The translations under genes and the position numbers were made by a program. A DNA stretch of 47,140 bases from Octopus bimaculoides. Lineage: Eukaryota. Location: positions 55,749,717 to 55,796,856 of the forward strand of contig NC_068995.1 of the NCBI RefSeq assembly GCF_001194135.2, written 5' to 3'. Under the pieces are notes generated by a model. The model was not told the DNA's origin. It did not search any database and saw only the letters and a list, made by a program, of their open reading frames with translations. Of the stretch, positions 1 through 11,790 are shown piece after piece (the first letter of the stretch is position 1; each line of letters starts with the position of its first letter).

Positions 1-473
1 CTGCGCGTTGAGAGAGTCATCTCCTCCACGTCAAATCGCAGCCTATCGGTGAACAAGCACAGTATATACATTGAGTATGTGTTCGATGATATATATATAT
101 ATATGGGGGGGGGGGTTCTTTTAATTGTTTCAGTCATTTGACTACAGCCATGCTGGAACACCACCTTTAGCTGAGCAAATCGACTCTAAGACTTATTCTT
201 TGTAAGCCTGGTACTTATTCTATCATTCTATTTTGCCGAGCCGCTAAGTTACAGGGACGTAAATACACCAACATCGGCTGTCAAGTGATGGTAGTATGTA
301 TATAAAATAGTAATCAAAGGAGTCCATCGATAAAAAAGAAATGGTTGAGAATCCCTAGTGCAGAGGGTCCTTCTTTATCCATTGCTGAATATTTTCTCCA
401 TCTAAACTACTGCATCGCTTAAGAAAAAAAAAAATGAGGGCATCTTGGTTTATCTGATTTGACCATCAAAATG

Positions 474-648
474 TTCTCTCTCTCTCTCTCTCCGTATTTA
501 TATATATATATATACATATATATACATGCATACATGCATATATACATACATGCATATATACATACATGCATATATACATACATGCATATATACATACATG
601 CATATATACATACATACATGCATATATATATATATACATACTCACACA

Positions 649-691
<43 letters not shown>

Positions 692-740
692 GCGTGCGTG
701 CGTGCGTGCGTGCGTGTGTGTGTGTGTGAGAGAGAGTGAC
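474..740. repeat. Compound microsatellite (CT)n/(TA)n/(CATA)n/(GT)n
   Basis: Directly visible; explains ORFs 419-815. Confidence 0.95.
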
Positions 741-2659
741 ACAATTGCCGGTAATTGTGCTGGTGTTAATCTCAGAATATCATCAATATCAAAAGAAAGA
801 GAGAAGTATAGATAACGGTAAAAGAAAGCTTAGAGTTGACAATAATTTTATGTTAGTAGGACAGCCTGAAGCCGGAGATAAATTTAAAACGTGGCTGATG
901 TCAGTAACAAAAACTGTAGCTTCAGTAATATATTATTTACAAATATGTGAAAACCATGTATGTCAATTAGATTACCCTAAGTGTATATGCGAGCTTTTGT
1001 GTGCGCATCTATGCTCTGTCACTGACTTCTGAATTTCTCTTTCTCTCTCGTCTCTCTCGATTTCTGTCTGTCTCTCAAGGGTATTCACTCATCAATTTCC
1101 ATAACACAGTATAATATTAATGATGTTGATTTACTTGATTAAGACAGTTACCATCTCTCTCTCTCTCTCTCTCTCATTTGAAATGTCTTCTTCAATTTCT
1201 AGCATAAAATGCAAAAACAAGCATCAAACACATTTTTGATATCCCGTAAATTCCCTTAAAGAAGATTCAGTATTAGGGATTGACAAAAGTATCTTGTGCT
1301 ACAAATGTGGTGCTAATAATCACGGTCCCTTCTGAAGGGTCAGCGAAAGAAGCTGGCTCTAAAGCCCGAGAAATGTAGTTTTGTACGATTCTAATAAACG
1401 ATGTCATTTCCCCAGTTGAAGAGCCAATTGTTGATAAACCTGTTGCTGACGTCGTATTTTGTCTGTGTGGATAAATATTTAAATAACATAGATCTCGCCT
1501 TCCAAGTTGCAAATGGATACAGCCGGAAGCGTGTGAGATGTGGAAAATGGGCCGTTGGGAGCTAAATAATATTGCAATCGACACTTTGTTGAATTTTTCA
1601 ACATTTTATCCGATTTCCAATCGACTTCGATATCTGCATTCTCCAATGATCTTGAGAAAATATTTAAGCAAAAATTATTTTTGAAAAAAAAATCAAATAT
1701 TGTAAAAAGATTTTATTGTCACCTTTATATTTATTCTTTTATATTCGTCTTCCTACTGCAGCAACAACAATATCAACAACACTGACCACAACTATAAGAC
1801 TGCATTGGATAAGTTGCTACATGGAATGCAAAGACATGAGTTTCGTAATGATGGTACAACGACATTTGTCGAAATATTTCCGTTCCTTTTTACAGACAAT
1901 TGTAGAGACACGTACCATTTAGATACATTTCACTATGATTATAATGAGAGGGGAGGGGGTAACAAATTCAACGATGAGGACAACTTGATTACACTTTCAC
2001 TTTTGTTTTCTTTTTGGCGAAGTAACTGAATGATTATGATAGTAAACCACTAACTCTTGACGTTGTAAGTTCATATTACACAACAGGACATTCCCATGCC
2101 GATGTTGGAACCGAGACAGGTAGGGAAAAATCCATAAGCTCAGATTCACTTAACTGCGAACCTCTGAGAAATTTACATGAAAGCAACTAGAGACCAATCC
2201 AGTGAATGATTGGCGGATGTTTCTCATTTGCTTGATACATACCACACTCCAATCTCTTCAATATCAGCTCGTTGGAGGGCCCTGGTGCTTTTATGAAATA
2301 CACTAGTAGTCTATCCACACGACTGAATTCGTCACCCGCCATCTCCATCCCACCGCCGCCGCTGCCATCGTGACCACGGTGAAACTGTATCTATATGATA
2401 AATATCTCAACATTTGTATGTGAAAAGAATCCTTGCACTCTTCCAACAAATCTCGATGTAGCATCGTTATGAAACCCTTGTCCCTATCATCTGCATTCGA
2501 TGTTGTACATTTTCCTACATACTCTCTTGTTATCATTGTCGTTCATATAACTGGAAGACCAATGAAATAAAATAAAATAAAACAAAACAGTAAAGGAAAC
2601 AATAAAATATTTTTACAATATTTGATTTTTTCGAAAATAATCTTAATGATTCCGCCAGC

Positions 2660-3130
2660 TCACCATCATCATCATCGTTTAACGTCAATTTTCCATGCTA
2701 GCATGGGTTGGACGGTTTGACTGGAGTCTGGCAAGCCGGTGGGCTGCACCAGGCTCCAATCTGATCCGGCAATGTTTCTACAGCTGGCTGCCCTTCCTAA
2801 AGCCAACCACTCCGAGAGTTGTAGTGGATGCTTTTTACGTGCCACCGGCACGGGAGCTATCAGGCGGCACTGGCAACGACCCATGCATGAATGGTGCTTA
2901 TTGGGTGCTACTAGCATGAGAGCCTGTCAGGCGATACTGACATCGGCCACAACCACAATTTCCATTTGATTGTGATTTCGATTTTACTTGACTCAATAGG
3001 TCTCCTCAAGCACGGCATGTCACCCAACGATTCAAAGGTACTTTTTAAATGGACTGGTTATGCGACACTGCTTTAGGCAACAGCTGTGATCTCACTTTAC
3101 TTGCTGGGTCTTCTCAATCACAGCATATCA
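2660..3130 (-). mobile_element. RTE 3' UTR-derived repeat copy
   Basis: catcatcatcgtttaacgtc..ccatgctagcatgggttggacggtttgac..ccttcctaaagccaaccactcc, highly similar to the 38812, 13240 and 42020 copies. Confidence 0.7.
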
Positions 3131-4699
3131 TTTCATAATAATAATAATCCTTTACACCGGAAGCACAAGGCCTCAAATTTGGAGGAAGGGATTAACTCGA
3201 TTTCATCAACTCCAGTGCATTAACTGGTACTTATTTAATCGACTCCAAAAGGATAAGTCGACCTTGGCTCAACACTTTACCCAACATGGTGATGATTCTG
3301 CCAGTTCCATTGCCTTTGTCTCCAAATATAATAAAATTGTCCAAGAATATTCCAATCTTACGACTGCAGTCAATACTCTGACCATCACCAGGACTCCATC
3401 GTATACCAAAATTCTTCACACGTTTCTACCTGCATCTTTCCAGGTCTCGCAGAGGTTCGAATTAGGTGGAGAGCCCTGAACTGAGGTTGAGTTCATACTT
3501 CCATAAGTTTAAATGGATTGAAATCTTCTACATACACACACAGGCACACATTTACACACACGCGCGACGAGGTAAGCTGTCTGTCTGTCTCTCTCTCTCC
3601 CTCACATACATGCAAAAACTAACCCACCATAATAAATAAAAATAAATTCAAGTCTTACCTTGCCAATGACTTATCGACCTCTCTAGAGTCGGTGCCATGA
3701 TAAAATGCAGCCAGGACACTCGATAAAATGGTCGATGACAGGAAGGACATCCAGCCAAGTGAAACATACAAGCACTAAGTGCAGTAATTCCCAATATGAA
3801 ATGATTGTATCGACTCATCCAACCCATGCCAGCATGGAAAGCAGACATAAAATGAAGATGATGATGACTAGAGTAAGAGAACACTGGCCCCTAATAAGAA
3901 CGGGCTTGAACCATCACCACTCATCCAGCCTCCCTAGTCTTAATGCAATGAGAAAATGCACTTGGTGCATTCTAGAAAAGCAGGGTCAGTAATAGAAAGG
4001 GCCAAATGACACATACATTCGTCTATGAAAGCAGTTCTTAACAATATGAAATGATGAGGATTATATCAACTCATCCAGGCTATGCCAGCATGGAAAAGAA
4101 GTTACAAATGAAAATGATGTTGATAACAATGATGATGATGATGGTGCTGATTCAAAATATTTTCTATAATGAAGGTAAGCAAAAAGAAATAATAAAAAAA
4201 ATACAGGTTTATTTTTTCAAATATTTTACTTTCTCCTTCATTCTCATCCCTTTCTTTTACTCTCTTCCCCATTTTCATTTATTTTGAAAAAAAAAATTAT
4301 TTAAAAAAAAAAAAATAAAAATTTGTAAAACTGTCCTAAATTTCAGTCAAGTTTTTTTCCTAAAAGGAAGGATACAAAACTGTAAAGTCTATATTTTTAA
4401 AACAACAATAAAAATAAAGAGAAAAAAACCTTTTAGAGAGAGAAAGACAGTGTGGTTATTTTTTTATTTTTCATTTTTGTTCTTTTTCACCTTTTAAGAA
4501 ATTCAGTTTCTTACATTTTTTTTATTTTATTTTATTTTGGGATTGTTTGTTTTTGTATTTTATTTTATTCCTTTCTTCCATCTTTTATGCCTTGCAAGAT
4601 TTTCTTCTGACACGTTTGATATGTCATGTCAAGATTATATAGAAATTATGGTTTATTTTTTTCTTTCTTTCTGTTTTGCTTTTAAATTAAAAATAAAAT

Positions 4700-4708
4700 A
4701 TGAACGAA

Positions 4709-4739
<31 letters not shown>

Positions 4740-4985
4740 TCTATACATGTATGTATGTTTACATACATATATAGACATATATATATATTTATATATGTAT
4801 TTATACATATAAATATCATCATCATCATCAACATCATGAAATATACATTTATATACATATATATACATACATACATACATGCATATACATATTTACATAC
4901 ACATATACAGACATATATACATACATACACATATTCATATACACACACATACATATAAACATATATACACATATAATTATGTGTA

Positions 4986-5017
<32 letters not shown>

Positions 5018-5050
5018 ATTATGTGTATATATATAAATGTATGTCTGTAT
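4700..5050. repeat. Compound (GT)n/(CATA)n/(TA)n microsatellite, probably in the UBE2J1 3' UTR
   Basis: Directly visible 150-500 nt past the stop codon. Minus-strand AATAAA motifs lie further downstream at about 4200-4570. Confidence 0.85.
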
Positions 5051-5200
5051 CTGTATATTTACCCCCATCACCACTTCAAATAACAGAGAGTGGAATCTGG
5101 TCTAAAAACGACAATTGACGATGTTAGTGGGAGTGTTAGGGGAGTACTCAAGTTTCAGTGCAATCAAAATAGTTTGCTAAATGTGGAGATTTTCACGTGT

Positions 5201-6472
5201 CTACTGCATATAATCTGAATATGGTAAATGGTCCACACTGACATAAAGACGGCGCAAACACAGCAAAAGGATCATTGCTCCTAGCATCATCATCAGAACA
5301 AAGCTCGCTGTACCCCTTGAAGAGGGTCTCTGCGTAGTAGCATTTGGCGGTGAAGCTATGTCTGCAGTCTCCATCTGTGGAGGTGATGATGTTGTAGTGG
5401 CGGATGTGTTTGTATTAGACGTGTTTGCTGGTGCTGTTGTTGTTGTTGTTGTCGTTGATGATAGCGATGTTTCTGATGACGACGAAGATGTTGGTTGTGT
5501 TTCTGTCGTAGCAGCAGTCGTCGTACGATGCCGAAGTGTAGTTCCAGGCGAAGTCGTGCTTTGTGTGGCAGAAGCAAGAGGAGAAGAGGAGGAAGGTGAA
5601 GGACAGGCGACAACATCCACATCATTCCTACCAGCTGTGATGGTCTCTACTGTTGGTGATGTGTTGTCTGACGCATTATCTGAGACTCGCTGTGACGATG
5701 GCGGCTGGGCTGGATCTGAAAGACCTTGGGTGCTAGCAGAATCTGTACTGTTTTGGGATATGCCTCCAGTGGCATTAAGTAAGGATTTATTAGTAGTAGC
5801 AGTAGTGGTTGTGGTGGACGGATTAGTAAAAGTTGGTTTGGATGCAGAAGATGAAGTCAGCTGTTTCGACTGAGAAGCTTCTGTTGAACTGGTGGAGCTG
5901 GATGTTACGGTAGCAGGGCTTGAAACAGGAGCAGAGGTCGTGACACTTGCACTTGTTGCAGACACGGCAGCAGGCACAGTCGGAAAACCGGGCATGAAAG
6001 GGAAAGAAAATGGCATAACATTCGCAACGGAAGCGTTTGAGTTATCAGTGACACCAGGCTGGGGAAAGGCATAACTAGCCGGAAACATTGGGGGTAAAAA
6101 TGGATTTGGAAATGGGGGCATCATTCGACAATTTGGCATGGAATTGACATTTGGGTCCATACTGGTTGGAGGATATGGAAATCTGAAATGGTAAGGAAAC
6201 TGTCCAGTCATCGGGGCAAAGAAGGGAGATGACTGAGGAAACATTCCGGGCATGCTGCCCATGTTTAAGGGTGAAGGATAGTTCATGTTGGGTGGCATCA
6301 TCCAGGTTGGGGTAGATGTAGTTGCTGCTGCAGAGGCTGCACTTGCTGCTGTTGCACCTCCTCCTTCTGCTCCTGCTACTGTGCTGCTACCAGTCAGTGT
6401 AAACCCAGCATTGGATGATGTGGTTGCAGTCGTAGAAGCCTTATCAGAGCCAGATTTATTTCCCTTCTCACT
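5201..6472 (-). CDS. UBE2J1: UBE2J1 terminal exon (1272 nt): Ser/Thr- and Pro/Met/Phe-rich linker plus C-terminal TM anchor
   Basis: gaacag acceptor at 6474-6473 in phase 0. The ORF is open to TAG at 5201 and ends ASFVLMMMLGAMILLLCLRRLYVSVDHLPYSDYMQ, like the UBE2J1 tail anchor. An internal intron cannot be excluded. Confidence 0.85.
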   Translation of the reverse strand, partial: SEKGNKSGSDKASTTATTSSNAGFTLTGSSTVAGAEGGGATAASAASAAATTSTPTWMMPPNMNYPSPLNMGSMPGMFPQSSPFFAPMTGQFPYHFRFPYPPTSMDPNVNSMPNCRMMPPFPNPFLPPMFPASYAFPQPGVTDNSNASVANVMPFSFPFMPGFPTVPAAVSATSASVTTSAPVSSPATVTSSSTSSTEASQSKQLTSSSASKPTFTNPSTTTTTATTNKSLLNATGGISQNSTDSASTQGLSDPAQPPSSQRVSDNASDNTSPTVETITAGRNDVDVVACPSPSSSSPLASATQSTTSPGTTLRHRTTTAATTETQPTSSSSSETSLSSTTTTTTTAPANTSNTNTSATTTSSPPQMETADIASPPNATTQRPSSRGTASFVLMMMLGAMILLLCLRRLYVSVDHLPYSDYMQ

Positions 6473-7271
6473 CTGTTCCAAGAACACAGAAAAAGAAAAG
6501 AGAAAACAACATTTGAGTCTGTGGATTAAATTTCAATATCAAAACAAAAAGGAATGTGTGTGTGCGTGCGCTCCTCACGACTGCTTGACAACAGGTGCTG
6601 GTTTTTTTTAAGTCCCCATAACTTAGTGGTTTGGCAAAGAGACTGATAGAATGAGTTCTACACTTCATAAGTACTGGACTAAACTCATCATAGCAGTGCC
6701 CCTGCATGGCCACATTCCAATGAGTGAAACAAGTTAACGATAAGAGATCATCTAGTACCAGATTATTACAGTAAATCCATAAAGAACAGCTGAGGCTGGT
6801 ACTTATTTCATAGATTTTAGGAAAGATGAAAAACAAAATCGATTCTATGTAGATGTGGATTGAACCTATAGAGAACTCAATCCTACAATATAGTTTACTT
6901 AGCATTCTACCGATTCTATTGTAAGTCGTTGTTGAATTTGTAAAATAAATCTATCAGGTACCAAATGCATTCGTGTAGGATCGGCTTACTAGCAAAGAGT
7001 TATCTCCCATGAATATTTTCGCTAGTTTAGCATAAATTTGTTCCAACCAAACGGTCTAACCCATGCCAGCATGGAAAACGCATGCTAAATGAGGATGATC
7101 AACCCAGATTTATAGTAGAAGACACTTGGCTAAGGTGTCACACAATAGGTCTGAACCTGGAACCATGTGGTTGGGAACACATGGTTCTTACCACACAGCC
7201 ATACCTAAAAAAAAAAAACACTCCTTCTAAATATTGAAAATAACATTCCATGTAATTAATCTTTCCTGAGT

Positions 7272-7308
<37 letters not shown>

Positions 7309-10052
7309 ACGTGAAGTGGAAGCATGAATATATTTCTCACCTGAAAATTAATCTTTGAAGCTAAATCTTTAGCTTCTTCACTGGTTTTCTTGGAAGCATC
7401 AGTTAAGGATTTCAACACATTATTTACAGAACCACATACAGGACATTTCCAGCACAGGGACCTGCAGTGAGGAAATCATTTTTAAAGAAATGCAAACTTT
7501 ACAAAATAATCACCAAAATTCCATTCTCTGCACAAACTACTAACCCCTTTTATGTTCTTTGGTTACCCTAAGAGGTCCCACTTTATCTTGTAAATATAGC
7601 ATCTGAATTACACTTTGATGATCTAAAGAAGGAATATGTATTGGATAATGGGGCCGTAAGTGCGTTGCATTTGGTAAAAAGGTGGAATGGTCACCTTTGA
7701 CACAGGTCTGTTAGCTCTGTCAGGATAAATTTGGAGCTTAGCAGCAACAAGTCACCAAGAGAAGTACCCTGCTGTCAAAAAAGCAGCCAAGTTTTCTTTA
7801 AACCATAACTAACCATCTTAAAAGATAAAGGGTACATTAAATAATGTCGCCCTTATTGGATGGCTATGGCTGGAGAGGCCTTGACCTTCTTTTATTTTTT
7901 ACTTGTCTCAGTCACTGAAGTGTGACCATGCTACAGCATCACCTTGATCTGATTGCTCTATTAGGATTAAGCAGCAACAAGAACAAGTTGAAAAGTAGGA
8001 TTCGAATAACAATTATTTAATTAATAAATTAACATTGGAAACCAGCATATCAAAGAACAGACGTAACGTTTCTTCTGCATCCTACAAAAGGGGACTAAAC
8101 GAGGTTGAGGTAAGATTTGCATTCTGACCTTGTAAAATCCTCACCAGCACTGACTACTCAAACAGACCCCTGGGCTGGAGAGTTGCCACCTGAGTGGTGC
8201 AAGTGAGTCATCCACCAGAAATAAGGAATCACCATCAAATGGCGGATGTAGCAACCCACGATTACAGTACATGTCCCCGTACTACTACTACTGCTACTAC
8301 TACTACTACTATCCTTACTAAAAAGCAAATTTTCTGAAATTTATCCTACAACTATCTACAAATGCTGCATCATAACCATTGTCATTAATTGCTACATGTT
8401 CTCAAATAAAAGCAAATCTCATGTAAAATTCAGAAACCTTTGTGCGTGAGTGCAGAAGTCAACCATAGTTTTTTTGCAAATAAATAAATGTTTGCTGAGG
8501 ATAGGGCGATGGATCTTTAAAAAAACTTTTGTATTACCCGCGTCCTCTTCGAGTTACTTCCCCTTTATAAAAAGGAAAAAAAAAAAGAAAAGAAAGACGT
8601 AGAGTAACTTCCCCTTTACAATTCGGATGTTGACAACTTACTTTTTAGAAAGTACTTTCCGTTCTTCAGCTGTGTAATCCAGGGATCCAATAGCACCAGC
8701 CCCATGAGTAGGCATAAATCCTATAATGGCTAACAATGCAGTGCGAACTGGAAAAGAGATAAACAAATGTGACGTGTAAGGCTGAAATTTGGGCAACCTT
8801 TCTGCCACACCCTGTATACATGCACACACACACACACACACACATACACACACACTGGGGCCATTCAGCTGTCAACGCCTGAACCAAAACCATACAAGTG
8901 GTCCCAGCAGCCAACTCAAAAGAAAATACTTAACTATTGTCAATGGATTGTGACCATACCAAGAGAACCACCATCAACGGTTTCAATCAATTCTACTGAC
9001 CCCAGTACTTCATTATACATTGTATCAACATCAGAAAGGTGAAAGTAAAATTACCATAAGTGTAAAAAGATATAACTGAATGCAAGAAAGCATTTTTATT
9101 CAACATTCTGTCATGCAACAATGAGGATTCAGTTGTTTGATTTCAACTGAATTACCCGCTCCTGAATTAATTCATAAGTGTACCCTTAATGTAATTCTCA
9201 GGCTGTACCTTTTACATTATGGGCACAATCCAAGCAATAGGCTCTATACGGGTTCTCAATTTTACTCACAAGGTATGGGTCAACCCAGAGCTTTAGTAAA
9301 TGATATTTGCCCAAGATGCCATGCAGCAGGACCAAACCCAGGATCTTGTGGATGCAAAATGAACGTCTTCACCATCTGACCAACCTGTGCCTACTGGCAT
9401 ATGTTTATAGACACATATAAACATAAGCACATGCATTGCTGTGTTGTGACAAGAAGCTTGCTTCCCAACCACATGGTTCCAGGTTCAGTCCCACTGCGTG
9501 GCACCTTGAGTAAGTGCCTTCTACTTTAGCTCCAGGCCAACCAATGCCTTGTGAGTGGATTAGACAGATGGAAACTGAAAGAAGCCCAGTGTGTGCGTGC
9601 TTCTTGGCAACTGGAATCAGTTTGTTTATGTCTCCCATCTTTTAGCAGTTCGGTAATAAGGGACCAATAGAATAAGCCCCAGACTTAGAAAGCTAAGGCC
9701 TGCAGTTGATTTGTTTCACTAAAACCCTTCAAGGTGGTGCCCCAGCATGGGCGCTATCCAATGACTGAAACAAGTAAAACACAAAAAAAAAAGACATAAA
9801 CATCGGAAACACTTCCACACAGTTTCTGTCTCCCAGACATCTCTGATGGCTTTGTTTGTGGCAAAATCAGATCAGATCGAATGTAAATTCCTTGCTTCTT
9901 TCAGGCCATGCTGGGGTAACACTTTGAAAGGTTTAGTCAAGCAAATCAACACCAGTACTTATATTTTTTTGAAAGTCTGGTATTTATTGTCACACCACAA
10001 AGATACAAGGTCATAAACAAACCAACACTGATTGCCAAGCAGCAGTGGGGAA

Positions 10053-10086
<34 letters not shown>

Positions 10087-11720
10087 GTTGTGACAAAGTT
10101 ACAGTATTTCCTAACAGGCTAGGGATATTAATTAACAAATGGAAGTTGACATTGTTAAGATTATCAATTAAGAGAAAAGACATTTATTAATAGAGTAGAG
10201 TAGCTGGGCAGTATTAATTAAAAGATTAAGAGAGATTAATCGACGATATGGTAGCACTGTTAATCAATAAGGTAAAAGTATTATGCAAATTAATTCAACA
10301 GAGAAGGGGGAGGGGTGTTATATTAGAATTCCTCATCATGGAATTGCCACATCTGGGAAGATGGGAAGGGGGTAAGGGCAGGGGTGTGTGAAATTACTCT
10401 GAATGTGGTCGGTAGAGCATTGTCTCGAAACCAAAGATGGTCGTTTTTCTTCTAGTGCTGACTTAAGCCATTCAAGCTGCTTACAGTAGATCTCCATTGT
10501 TATCGTTTATAGAGAACCCATTTTTCAATCACTATTCAGTCCAAAAAGGGTTCATTCGTGAGACGTGACAGCAAAGAAGAGCACACATTCACTCTCTGCA
10601 CGCAATTAGACTCGGAAAGTTTGTGAGGAACCCAAAGATCCAATTTGCTGACTTTTCCGATGGCACACAGGTGTCGATGAATGGTTGAATGACCAAATTC
10701 AAGTTTCTCTGCTAGTTCTTCAACATTTACGATGGGATTTTGTTCCACCAGGGTTTGCAGGACATATTCATCGAACTCTACAGATCTTCCAGGATGGAGC
10801 TCATCTTCTAGGCTGTAGTTTCCAGCTTGGAATTTCTGGAACCACTGTTGACACTGGCTTACACTTATTGTTCAATCCCCATATATGGCATTAATATTCC
10901 TCACACTTTCCATTGCGTTGTTGCCTTTATTGAACTCAAAGCAAAATATGCCAAATATGCTCCTTTGTCACTTCCATTATAGCTCTGTAAGAATAACTTA
11001 AAATCGAACTACACTCTTCATAACTTTCACTAAGAATAGGTACAAGGTAAAATTACTACCTGCCTTTATAGCAAGCTGATGCAGGTAGTCTATCCAGTCC
11101 CCCTTCGACTTTTAGGTCATGCAATTGAAAAAACCACATTATTTATGAGATGACCCAATATCTATCATACAAAGAGAAGTGATGATGCTTTCAGCTAATG
11201 AAAAGCAGAAGGAAAACAAAGTCGTTATATGAATAGATGAAAGAGAAAATTAAAAGCAAATTTAATTAAGAGTGATCTGCTAATGAGTGGTTTCACATGA
11301 ATTTCATAAATCAACCTACTTGACCAAGATGGTTGCCATGATTCTGGGTGATGACCAGAGATACTCAGACAGATTTTTTTGTTAACTTCGAAACGACCAT
11401 TGGGCTGAAAGAAAGAAGAAATTTGATGTTATTAGATGAGAAAGCAATAGTAAAATATAGGAGGAAGAAGAAATGGAGTAGAAAAACAGAGGAAAATATG
11501 GTGAAGAAATATGAAGAGAGAAAGAAAGAGAATGCGAGAGGAAACAAGTGTGATGAGAAAGAAGTGGAAAAAGAGGGAAATAGTTTGATGAGAGAGAGAA
11601 AAATAAAGAGGAAGAATTTGGAGAGAGTGAGAGTGGGAGAGAGAGAGAGGAAGGGAGAGAGAAAAAACAGAAAGTCAAACAGTGTGGTGATATGTAGATC
11701 GAGATCAAGGCAGGGGGAGG

Positions 11721-11790
<70 letters not shown>

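Noticed and set aside
26-33. CCACGTCA (perfect UPRE on the minus strand)
   Set aside because: A single 8-mer at the window edge with no assignable gene; plausible by chance.
419-815. His/Thr/Tyr/Ile/Cys/Val-repeat ORFs here and at 4653-5118, 14763-15173, 25429-25733 and 46686-46949
   Set aside because: Dinucleotide and tetranucleotide microsatellite translations.
1297-1323. CYKCGANNH resembling a CCHC zinc knuckle
   Set aside because: A stop occurs before the fourth ligand and there is no gag-like context.
5356-6611. Overlapping ORFs 5358-5873, 5892-6074, 6285-6611 (+) and 5356-5625 (-)
   Set aside because: These are shadow frames of the low-complexity UBE2J1 terminal exon.
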